Assembly (NCBI RefSeq): GCF_000181795.1
Contig: NW_003526943.1
Span: 8,783,472 to 8,847,471 of the forward strand
From: Trichinella spiralis
Lineage: Eukaryota
Direction of reading: 5' to 3'
DNA: 64,000 nt
The notes under the pieces were generated by a model, which saw nothing but the letters and a program-made list of their open reading frames with translations, ran no database searches and was not told the DNA's origin. Position numbers and translations under genes: made by a program. Shown piece after piece: positions 1 through 12,500 of this stretch (positions are counted from its first letter, which is position 1; every line of letters starts with the position of its first letter).

Positions 1-18
1 TGCTTTTTTCATGTTTAC

Positions 19-175
19 CAGTTTTGATTTAATGGGTTCTGTTTGTTGATGGAATTTGTGAATTCTTCAGCTTTTGCTACAAGCAAACAAACGTCAGCAG
101 TATTAATTGAATGCTTTTGTGTACATTTTAAGAGAATCAAAATTTCAGCTTCACTCCACCAGATAACTTCAGCAC
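19..175 (-). CDS. Possible internal exon of a gene running off the window start; Myb/SANT-like start motif
   Basis: Flanked by aaacag| and |gtaaac. One open frame, AEVIWWSEAEILILLKCTQKHSINTADVCLLVAKAEEF, in which WSEAE..LL resembles SANT helix 1. No other exons found. Confidence 0.25.
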
Positions 176-553
176 CTGTTTACAAATTAGCCGTCATTGA
201 GAAGGCAGTGCAATTGCAACGTAATCATCATTCAATCATCTGTTTGGATGTTGCTGTGAAAAATAAAAATTTTTTAATTATATTCCCCACCTGTAAGTTG
301 TACTTTCGCATTATTTTCTTCTCAAAAAGAATGTCAAATTATATCTTGTAATTTTTTGTTATTATTATTTAAAGCCACAGCGATTTTCTGTATCAAACAT
401 TCTTTATTGGATTCAGGTATGTTTGAATTTTAAGAATTAAATGTTCATTATCTATCATAAATAAATCATAAATCATAATGCGAGAAAAAAGATGTTATTG
501 TTGTTGTTATCCTTTAACTGTAAATTATTCATTACTGCTATAACATTGATCCG

Positions 554-617
554 ATTAGATTAGATTAGATTAGATTCGATTCGATTAAATTAGATTAGAT
601 TAGATTAAATTAAATTA
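554..617. repeat. (ATTAG)n pentanucleotide microsatellite with ATTCG/ATTAA variants
   Basis: Directly visible tandem gattagattagattag... Confidence 0.9.
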
Positions 618-1508
618 CAATGAAAAGATGAAAACTGAACTAAAGTGCAGTCAGTGCTTGGTTTTGGTCGTTGATTTTCATAAAAAAGATAATTATAATT
701 AATACGTTTTAAAATTGAAAAAGAAAACGAGATTCAAAAGAAAAAAATGCAATATATTTGTATTGTTTGCAATGTTCGAAAGAGTAACTATGAGAATATC
801 AGTAAACTGTAAAGCAAAAAGTTATTTCTTCTAAATAGTAGCCATTTTTTTCATTTGTGGAACTGAAATATTATAAATGAAAAAATGCGTTTCAAAAAAT
901 TTTTCATCCATATGATAATTATTTTTTAAGGCTTTTTTCAGAAAAACCTCTCGTTTCATATGAAAATTTTAATAAAAAAACAAGATGTTTTGATGGTATG
1001 AATAAAATAAAAAAACAATAAAAAGCTATTACGAAATTTATCCGAGATTTTTCTAAAGAAGGTGAAAGAATACACATTCGTTTGTTTTATCATTTTTATG
1101 AATATTCTGATTGCACATTTTGCCTGTTTCAAATGAAAATGTGAAAATATTTTTAAAACTTTCACTTCTCATATGATTAATAATTGAATTAATTCATTTC
1201 GCTTCTCAGTTTTTGTTTCCTTCACTGTACAGAGCTTGCTTTTCTCCAAAAATGAAAAGTGTTTTTAAAATTTAAATGAAACATTCTAAAAGTTTAAATT
1301 CTTTTGTTTAGCAAAGATGTGTCAGCTGAATTTCGCCAATAAAAGTGTCATGCAATCGAGGAAGAACTGAAAATTTACGTTAATCTACGTTTCACTTTGT
1401 TTGCAAAGCAAACACCTTATCATTAGTGGTGTAGGAAAAAAACTGAAATTCACAGAAAGAATCAATTATTACACAATCAATACAGTAATCAAAAGCAGAT
1501 GAAAAAAG

Positions 1509-2775
1509 ATGACCAGCAGAAGTAAGTGCTTTTCATTCAATAATAAATATATATAAATAATAAATTTAGATCAAATCTATTTTCAAAATAAATTTAAAAA
1601 TCTTCAAAATGATTTGAAACCACTGAATAATTATCTGCATCTTTCTGCCTGTGATTCTACAAAATCTGCCACCACCCCAAGATGGAAATATTCTTTAAAC
1701 AAATATGGTAATCGATTTTATTTGAAAATTACGTTAAACAGTTTTATTTTATTAAGCAACAAAAGAAACGGTTGTGAATAAAAAACCCTTGTCACCGGTG
1801 ACAAATATTGCATTAGTTGACCGGAAAAAGGAACAGTATCCACGAATGCCGGTAACAAATTTCGAAGACGAATATTATTCCAATCAAATTTCTGATGATT
1901 ACGTTAAATTAATTCGATATGGCTACAAAAGTGACGCACAAGTACAATTGAATGCAAATTTGTCCGATTTTCAAGAGAAAAATGTTAAATTTCCTTCCGC
2001 GGAAAACGTGCACGTAGATTTGTTGAATACACCTCAAGGTTCAAACTTTTACGGTGAAAATGCGAGAAAAAAGATGTTTTCCACATTTCCAAGTGAAAAA
2101 AAGGAACGAAATTTATTTTTCTCAAATTCTAGATGCTTTAAAACTCAACTCGTTAATCCAACTCCTATCAATCCTTTGTTAAGAGCTAAAAGTGTAAATT
2201 CAATTGATGCGGAGCTAAAATTTGCAAACAAGGATGATATAAAAAAAGATTTATTTAATATTAACAACAGATTGCTATTTTCGGACAGTGGTCGAAATTT
2301 AAACAATGACGGACGTGAACTGTCAAAGCAATATGCAATATTGCAAAAAATGTATCATGATTGGCAAGATGTTGTCAAAGGACATGAAGAAATACGTGTT
2401 CAAGGAAAAAAGCTTAACAATGAAGCTGTGGAAAATTTTAAAAATTTTCAACTAGCAATGCTGCATCAATTGAACATTGTCCAAGAGCTCTGCAATCAAT
2501 TTCTTCAAAATGAGAAGTCTGATATCAAAAATGTCACTAAATCTTGTTCAGATCAGAGGTAAGCGTGTGAAGAAAAATCAATCATTATTATTGAATAATT
2601 TTATTTTTTCAGCACTTTTGAAAACTCTGATAGTAGCCCACCGAACAAAGTTGATTCTCTTTCAAAAATTAGCAGTTACAAAATGTACAGATTATTTTTG
2701 AACGGACGGTATCCGTCTTCAAGTGACGACTTTTATCTTGTCAATACAAAATACAATTGCTTAGATTCAAATTAA
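1509..2775 (+). CDS. Hypothetical protein with a C-terminal coiled-coil-like segment, 4 exons
   Basis: Exons 1509-1521, 1570-1707, 1757-2558 and 2613-2775 join in frame across ~50-nt GT..AG introns (MTSRNQIYF...CLDSN*). Includes ORF 1774-2562. No family recognised. Confidence 0.7.
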
Positions 2776-5700
2776 AACCTTGAACATGATCATAATAAAT
2801 CATTTGATAAAATTCTTATAAATCAGGAATAAAATTAGAAAAAGGCTTCTTTATGCATTATGTAGAAATGCAACAGAAGAAGACCTTTGCACATGATAAG
2901 TGAAACAGCATGTGCAGAGTTGGTGAATAATGTAAAAATTAGTATGAAAAAGACATCATAATTGCAGTTTAAAACATTTCTATGAATACTGATAGTGATT
3001 CACTTTCTTTTACTGTTAATCGGTTTTCCATTTCATTTAATTTTATTTTTTTCCTATAATTCTAATCTATGGTCCTATTTCCTATATATGGCACGATATT
3101 CTACGACAAATTTTCTGATTGATTAAGCACTGATAAAGTTTTATTATGAAGAGTGATAAAGATTTAATGAAATTCATATTTATTTCCAAATTTCTTACAC
3201 TTAATTTTTTATCTTTAATAATTTATCAACATTTCTGTCACTAAACAGAAACCTTAAAGTGAAAACTAGAAAAAATGTACAACATTTTAAAACATTTCCA
3301 TAAGTTTACATTAAATTAAATAAAAAGTTACAATAATATAATTATACAATGGAATTAAAATTTCCAAAAAATTGTAGAATCAACCTCTAAGTGCTTTGAA
3401 ATAACTACACCTGAATAACCAATTCTTTTCCAAAAATCCATTGTTGACTGTAAGATTTGTTATTTATATTCATCTTCAAATTTATTTAATGCATCACAAA
3501 TTCTATAAAGAATATCGTTTTACTGTTAAAACAAAATGAATATAATTTCATCAAAAATGATAACATAAAATTTTTCATTTCTGAATTTCTGACCTGAAAC
3601 ACAAGATAACACATTGAATATTAAACGATCAGAAAAAAGAAAATAATTTTCAAAAAGCTGCCTAGTCAGGTTACTCATTAAGGTCAATGAGCTACTTTTA
3701 AAAATGAAATGAAAAAACTCTAAGTAATTTAATTTCGACTTTCTGTTTTATTTAAAATTTACAGCGCCTTTATTACTTTTTGTATACTTTATTATATATT
3801 TTCTGCTTTTCTCTTGTAGCATAATTTTTAATTTCAATGCGAACAGTAATCTTTATAATGTGATAATCAGGGTTTACAAAAATATTGTGGGAATTTTAAT
3901 TATATTATTTATCTCAATGATCCATGTTTAATCGTATTGAAAAATAATGCCATTTTTTGACATATGCTTATCAGTCACTTAATATAAAAATACACATATG
4001 CATACAGATATGTCTGTCAAACTAACAAATAAAATAGATTCGCAGTTGGTCAAATAGGCTGCGTTAAACTTTTTTCCTTTCTGATGTGTAACCCTTTTTT
4101 TAATTTGAATTTGTGCTAGAGGCCTCATTTGCATGATATATATGAACAATATAATGGAATGCAAAATAGAGATTTTTCTTATAAGGATGCTGTATCATTG
4201 TTCAACAAATGCCCAAACTATAAATCTATTTATGGTTAAGATTTATATATTATATCTGTAACTGTCACAATTCCAAATTGGGACTTACTGAAAAAGCAGA
4301 TTTTGACAGTGTTATTTTTATATTTTTATGAAAAACATACGTATATTACATTTTGGTTTTATCAAAAGAAGATTTTGATTTTCTTATATATAGCATCTAT
4401 GAATTTTCTTATATTCTTATAACATCTCTTATATTACCTGTAATCTACAATATATAACAGAATTATCAGTCTGAAATAATATTGATGAAATTAGAAAAGA
4501 GACAAAGCATATCGCATTTTAAATTAAGAAATAAATATAATAACTAAGACGTAAATAAATATTTAACTTGAATTCATAATTTGACTATTCAAAATATTTT
4601 TTAAAGTACATTATGTTTCGTATTGCGCGAACTGAATTTATATGTGCATTGCAGAGTAATTATATTTGTCCCTTCTGAATTCAAATGCCAGTAAGATTCA
4701 TGATACAATTTCATATTCATAATGTAAACCACTCAAACAAAAAATAACCTTAAACCTATTCCGGAACATTTTACTGTCAAATGAAAAAAGATCATGCATA
4801 AATTGGGAACATGAACATTTAAGCTTATTAAATCTTATTAAACATATGAATGGTCATATTTCATGAAAAGGGATAAATAATTTTCATGCATTAAAAATAG
4901 TTGAAAGAATTTTTTACAAAATTTGTACCATCGATGGCTAATTACATTACAGTTTCGTTTATTAGTTCAAGTGATTGTAATATATTTAAATTTTTTACTA
5001 AAATATCATATATCATTAAAATGGAATTATGCAAGATTATTTGCTGTTTACAATTCATCTGTTGTATAAATTATAAAATTTTGAAAAGAATTTAGCATTC
5101 ATATAACCAAAGTGTGAAATAATTGAAAACGTGACTGTCCATTATTTCAACTATCCACAGTTTTAAATGCTTAGGCTGGTTTGTATATTGAATTGTTTGC
5201 ACCAATTTCTTCAATGATTTGCAAACTGTACTTTTGCATTGGATTATTAAGCCTCACGTTTTTAACATGAAATTTTGATCTATAATTTGAAGTGTAAATA
5301 ATCAAAAAGAAAAAAGAACAAATAACAGTATCACGTGTTAAGTCGGTGAAATAAAAATCGTCTTCCAAGTTGATGATGCTCGGATGTGTTTTTTTCTTGT
5401 CTCACGTTTTTGGCTGAATCAGCATAAGGGGCGGTATGTCCTTCAGCATGAAGTGAAGTTTTTGAATAATTAAAATTCAAAAAAAGGTTTATAAAGAAGC
5501 AGTGCAATTTTGTTTTCCCTTTTGTTTGCATCAACCAGATTATATTCAGTGTTCAATGGCCTTCCTTACAAAGGTCGAACAGCGTTTAACACGCTGACCT
5601 GCCATTAATAACCTTTAATCAACGACTGGTTTACTGTTTTCTAAGAAAACGTGACTGTCTTCTTGGATCGCCTGCATTCTGCTCACTTCTGCATCTCAGA

Positions 5701-6559
5701 TCACGTTGAACTGCAAAAACGATGCTTCTCTTCCACCAGCCGTATACTGTGTATTCTTTCCTCGTTGTTGTAAGAATTTAAATTTGCATATTCATATTTT
5801 CAAACATTTGTTAGTAGCTTTCGTTTTGCAGCTGTATTTATCGTTTCTGGAAATAATTGAATGCGATAGATGGCAATCTTCCAGCGGCGCGAAAGAAGTT
5901 CTTCACCACAAATCAACATCCATAATCAATTTCGATCTTTCACTTGTGGTCTGCCAGAGTTCAGAAAATGATCAACAGCTGGCAATATTTCCAATCTCCG
6001 GCCTTTGCAATGGTCGTGCACAGTGTTTCAATGATGCAGTTATCAAAGAAGATCAATTCACCTTTTGCAGTAAGTCAATCGCGGAATTCACAATGCACAA
6101 TTGCATGGTTAATTTTTAAATTCAAATTTTTGATGCACAAGAAATTTTTTAATCTATTTACATAATTATACTATAATAGAATATACTATAATAGAAATAG
6201 AAACTTAATAAAAAACAATCAATTTAAAATATTTTACAACTTGATTCAAAAATTGCTATTTTTTAACATTAAAATAACCAACACAGCCATGACATTATTT
6301 TCAATTTATTCAAACAAAGCCGTTGTTGATTAGATGGAAGCTCGTTTTATTGCACTACACTGCAAGTTCATTCACACTTTTCTGTTAATTTCAAACGTTG
6401 ATTATTTCAAATTTATTTACAGAATATTTTGTATCGTAAAAAAGAAGATTCCATAAAAAAGAAGATTTATTGTAAAACTACATTACTGATCAGATTAGTT
6501 GATAGAATAGCATCAAAAAACCTTTTTCTTCATGATAATACAAATTTTAATACTTTCAG

Positions 6560-9500
6560 GTAATGAATGCTTGCCTAAATGTGGGCCACATGGAGCTTGC
6601 CTTAAAGTTGGACAGAAAGCTCGATGTTTCTGCGACAATGGATACAGTGGAAAATATTGCACAATACAAGGTGCACTTTATAGCCAAATTCATAGACTTT
6701 GTAAAATAATTTTCGAAATTTAACAGATATTCAATGTTTGAAATTTAATAAAATTTTAACATTAAACTTATTTCAGTAGTAGATTATTGGTAAATTTCTT
6801 AAAGAAAACTCATTCCTTCCTTTTATTCATAAAATTACTGTCAATTTTAATATTTAATTTCTTATACTTTTGTTATTTAATTTTTAAGAACCAAATGAAT
6901 GTGCAAGCAGACCTTGCCATTTTTTGGCACAATGTACCAATGCTACTGGTGTATTCGGTTGCTCTTGTTTAGATGGATTTGAAGGAGATGGATACAATTG
7001 CACAGGTAAAATGCAACATATATGTTATATAATTAAATAATACATATATGTACATAACGTCTTTTTTAAATTAAGATATTAATGAATGTGAACTTCCTTC
7101 CAAGCAACCTCTATGCCCTGAAAATTCCGTATGTCACAACATACCAGGCAGTTATTTTTGTGATTGTGCAACTGGCTACAAATCAAAAAATGGCTTAGGT
7201 GGAATGTGTGAAGGTAAACTACCTCTGGCCTTTATTCAAACTGTTTACTTTTAGAAAGAGCGATTAAATACAATTCCATAATTTTCAATTAAAAGAATTT
7301 ATTTTTTACATTGTAATGCACCAACCTTCAATGCAAAACACTTGCAGTGCACTGCTTCATAAATTTCAGTTTTTTTAAGTATTTATCATCTTACACAACC
7401 CAGAGTTTTACTAGAAACTTAGCGAATTTATTCAAAGAAGTTTATTTTACTGATTTTTAAAAGCGTATGAAGAATAAAGATATTAATTTTAGATATTGAT
7501 GAATGTGAAGATAAAACGCATAACTGTACCTCTTTGGAACAGTGCATAAATACTGACGGGTCGTTTCGATGTGAAAGTCGACCGTGTGAAATAGGTTTTG
7601 AAAAAATAAATGGAGTTTGTCATGGTAAAACTGAAATGTTTTATTCAATTTTTAAGTATCTTATTATTTAGATATAAATGAATGCAAAACCAGCAATGCA
7701 TGCTCTCCTGACCAGAGTTGTATTAATCTGATTGGAAGTTACAAATGCATTGATCAAATTAGTGCAGGGCAATCAAAATCAACTTCTAAAATCGACGAAA
7801 TTGGTATTGCTTGATTAGAAAATTAATAAATTGCAAGTAATGTTATAGATGCATGTTTAGTTAATGAAAGTTGTGTCAAAAATGCATCCGTTTGTCATGA
7901 TAGAGCAGTTTGCTTATCTCAAGTTGACAAATGTGCTTGTACCACTGGATATGAAGGAAATGGCATCCATTGCAAAGGTAAGGTGAAAAGGTCTTGCAGT
8001 TTATTAATATCTCTATTATTCATATTTAAAGATATAAATGAGTGCGCTAAAGATAAATATATATGTCCTTCTGAAACGAATTGCATAAATCTGGATGGTG
8101 GATTTACATGCTGTGATTCTGAGAAATCAAAAGAAGAATGCTTAAAAACAAAACACATTATTTGCAAAAGTGACAACGAATGTAGAAGCAATTCCAAGTG
8201 TATAGATCACCATTGTAAATGTCAGCAGGGCTTTCATTTAAATGAAAATTTGGAGTGCATTGGTAAGTATTTTGGGGTTTACTTTTTTGTCAAAAAATAA
8301 ATGTTTAAATGTTTGCTTAATGTTCAAATTAATGCTTGCCTTTATAAACATTTTTTGTATATTTTAAAATAAGTAAAATGTTACAAAAGTGGCCTATAAT
8401 ACATATTTTAGATATTGATGAATGCAGCTTATTCTCAACCATATGTCCAGAAAAAAATTGGTGCGTAAATTTACCAGGGTCATATGTGTGCTGCAATGAT
8501 ACAGCTTCAGTTTCTCAATGCTTGGGTAAATACTGATGCTGAGATTGTTAAAGTTGACAACGCTTCTTTCATTTTATATTTAATGTCTAAAATTAAACTT
8601 TAAATTACATTTCATTGTATTTTTACTTCATTGCATTTTACTCAGTTTTTAAAAGCAAAATTTTCATGTAATTTTAGGTATAATCATCTATGCTCCTGTT
8701 CAAAAAGGATCAACTTTAAATAAAAAAATTTCTGCAGGTAAGCAAAATTAAAAAGAAACTAAAATTTATATTTCAATATTCCTTCAAGGATCAAGTAGTC
8801 AACAAATTACAGTTGTTCCTTTACCAGATGTTAAGACTACACCGATACCGCGTAAGTTTCTTCATGTTAAATAATTAATCGCTTAATAATTTAATTTAAA
8901 AAATTTTCCATATAATGTCAGTATACTGTAAATTAATATTATTTTATTTTAATTATCAGTGATTAAAAATAAGTAATTTAAAATTAGCACTGCTTTTATT
9001 TACACGCTTCAAATGCATGCGCATAATTTCAAATTTCTCAGTAGTTGTACTAACACACACTTTGCGGCTAAGTTAAGCTAAATTGCTGTTAGAAAATATA
9101 TTTTAACCGTGCAAATTTCATTAGTCCTTACATATGCTCTAAGACTTTGCAACATATATGATTCAAGTGTATTGATTAGCTTTGAAAAAGTTTAGGGAAG
9201 TTTATTAAAAGAATAAATACGTTCAGATTGCTAACTAAATTGAAGCTTATATACTGTTATCAATAATTCCAATAAAATTTAAAAAGTTATTCCATAATAT
9301 TTGAATTGAAATAATTTAAATACAAAGCTCTTTTAGAATATCATACAGACACGGTGTATATCACATTTGATACTGAAATTTCTTCTTCATCGCTGAATTT
9401 TGAAGAATTTAATTCTGGAGATAAAGTAACAAATGACTTAACAGACCAAAATTTTGGATCTGGCCTAGGAAGTGGCTCAGGTGAAATAAGCATAGATTTA

Positions 9501-12500
9501 CTTTCATCTGTATCACCTAACACAGCGGAAATTACTTCTGAATTGATATCTGAGTTGAATACAGCCAGCACAGAGAGACCAGATTTAGATTATGAACAAA
9601 CTGAGGGTGCAACTGAAAGTATTCAATCAACTGATAGTACATCTATATTAGAAAATAAGAAAAATATTGGAGATGAAAATGATAAATCTTTAACTACAGC
9701 ACAAGTTGATAGTTCTATTAGAATGGAAAGTGAAGAAACAATTGATGGAACAGAATCTGAATATGTAAGGCCAGCTGTGGATTATTTTGAAAAAAAATGT
9801 CTCTTAAATGAGAGTTATTGTCACTATCACGCTAAATGCTTAAAAGCGAATTTTTCTGATGAATTCGTTTGTGCCTGCGATGCAGGATTTCAAGGTGATG
9901 GATACCACTGTGAAGGTATTTTCAGAAGGAAATTTTTTTAAAGCAAAAGACTTTTATATCAGCACATTATAGATGTGGATGAATGTATTTATTCTGATAA
10001 AATATGCTCACCGCTAGCAACTTGCGTGAACACAATAGGTAGTTACAAATGCATCTGTAAGCCAGGTTACGCTGGAAATGGCACTTTTTGTTCACGTAAG
10101 TGCACCGCTTTTATTTGCTTCATTTGCTTCACTATAACCATAACTTTATTATTATACACACACATATTTATATATGCTTTAACGCTTTACACGCTTATTT
10201 TAAAGCATTATGCCCACGCGGTCACAAACCACTCACAACGCGATGCTCACTAGAAGAGAACGGCCAAACTTGCACTGCCGGTTACACCTGCATACATGGG
10301 TTTTGTTGCCCATCGCAAAGTGGTTAGTGGGTGCATTTTTTGCTTTTTGCTTTAAAACTCTGCACATTATTTGTAATAATAGTTAAATGCATTTATTAAA
10401 GTGAATTAAATATTTAAATATAAAAAGATGAATTAAATATTTACATGCGTAAAAATATTGAATTTTTTAAAATTAATAATAAGCTATTTATTATTTATTA
10501 TTTTTTAATTTTTCATTATTTTTAATTTGTGATTATATTTCATTAAAAGTTTCATATTTAATTACGATAGCTTTCATAATGTTAATTTTTCAACTGCTCT
10601 TTCAGACTTTTAACATTGCCGCATTTATAATTTAAATTTATAATTTTATATTATTGAATAATTGAAGCATAGTTCCTACTGAAATTTTTTAATTTTTAAA
10701 TAGCTTCTGTAACATAAAATGCTTAAGGTAGAAAATGACATACCTTGAAAGCAAATTAACTTATGATTGTATATACATGTAGTTAGCTTATGTGAAAGTT
10801 AACTTTATAATAAACATTTATATAAAACATCCTGTAAATTCAGTTGTAAATATTCATTGATTTTCTAAATTAGAAAAACTTAAATAATACAACTATTTAT
10901 GATTTTATGTATAATAATTAATTGCAGCTGGGATTAACTTTAAATATAAATTGCAGTTAAATTATTAGACAATTTTTGTAAAGATTCGAACTGTTCCGTT
11001 TATATTACTGATAAATTGAAATACTTATTTTAGCTCAAGAAGAAGACTGCTCACTTGATCCTACAATTTGCCATGAATCAGCAAGCTGCATAAATAAAGT
11101 TTGTCAATGTAATACGGGTTTTGAAGGAAATGGTTATATTTGCAAAGGTATGCCACAATGCTTTCATTATACATGATGCTTTTTTATTTTGAAACATAAA
11201 TATAAATAAATACGATTGTTGTCTTACTTGTGAAGATATTCATTCACGTTAGTTTTGTTCGAGTATAATAGAAGCTTTTTCTTTCATTAAAAAATTCCAT
11301 TACAAAAGTTGTATATCAATAACCAATTTAGATATAAATGAATGCGCTTTACATTTGGACAACTGCGTTCCCCCTCTACGTTGTCAAAATACAGTAGGAA
11401 GTTATTCATGCTCAAATCCAAATGATGAAAGCAAATGTAAAATTGCTGGGCTAAAATTTTCACTTTATTTATATTAATCATGATTTAGTCAGTCGTTATT
11501 GTTCAATTTTGCGCCCTTCGTGCGGACCGAATGCATACTGCAGAAATAACAGATGCGCTTGCAAACAAGGCTTTATTTTGGATAACAATGCTTGTGTTCC
11601 TGATCCGAACAACTGCAGCTCAAACAGAATGCTTTGTGATCCAAATGCAACTTGTATTAATGGAAAATGCACTTGTTCTGCTGGCTATATTGGAGATGGC
11701 TTAAAATGTTATCCAGATCCTCAAGATTGTCATAATAATGTTAGTTTATGTCATCAGTTTGCAAGATGCATTGATCGTCGATGTGAATGCATTCCAGGTA
11801 AGTTACTTTCATTTTAAATAAAACAACCTATTTTCTAAACGTATTAAATTACTCTGTGGATGTAAAAGCTTTTAAAATCAAAAACTATTAACTCATGTAT
11901 TATTATATGATTTAATTTTAAAAATTAGTACGTAACATTTAGAATTTTCCGGAGATGGAATTACTTGCTTTCCGAATCCAGTTCCATTTTACAAAAATTG
12001 CACAATAAATCCTTCTGTGTGCCCTACTGAAGCTCAGTGCTATTATGGAAGATGCGTTTGCAAAGTTGGATCGACCAATTTGTGCAATAAAACAAACTTG
12101 GTCATAATAAACGAAAAAAATGATTGTCGAATTGATCCGTCAATTTGCCACACAAATGCAGTGTGTAGAAAAGGGATTTGCATTTGCAAAAAAGGATTCA
12201 TTGGAAATGGCTTTTCTTGCATGGATGATCCCAACGATTGTCTGAAAAACAAAGGCATCTGCTCACCAAATGCAATTTGCGTATTAAGAAGATGCAAATG
12301 CAAAGCTGGATATGTTGGAAATGGTATTAGTTGTGCTCCTTCAAACCAAGCAACGACATGTTCATCTAATAAAGACTTATGTGACGTCAACGCTGAATGC
12401 ATTTCTGACAAATGTGTTTGCCGTGAAGGCTACTTAGGCGATGGAATGCATTGCAGCGCTGACAAAGAAGATTGCATAATAAATCCATCTCTTTGTTCAG

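Noticed and set aside
554..617. (ATTAG)n as a telomeric or CRISPR-like repeat
   Set aside because: It is not the nematode TTAGGC telomere unit and has no spacers; an ordinary microsatellite.
5171..6165. GC-richer block with ORFs on both strands, including a YADS motif reminiscent of reverse transcriptase YADD
   Set aside because: Frames are interrupted and no other RT motifs are recognisable. It may be a decayed element, but I cannot support a call.
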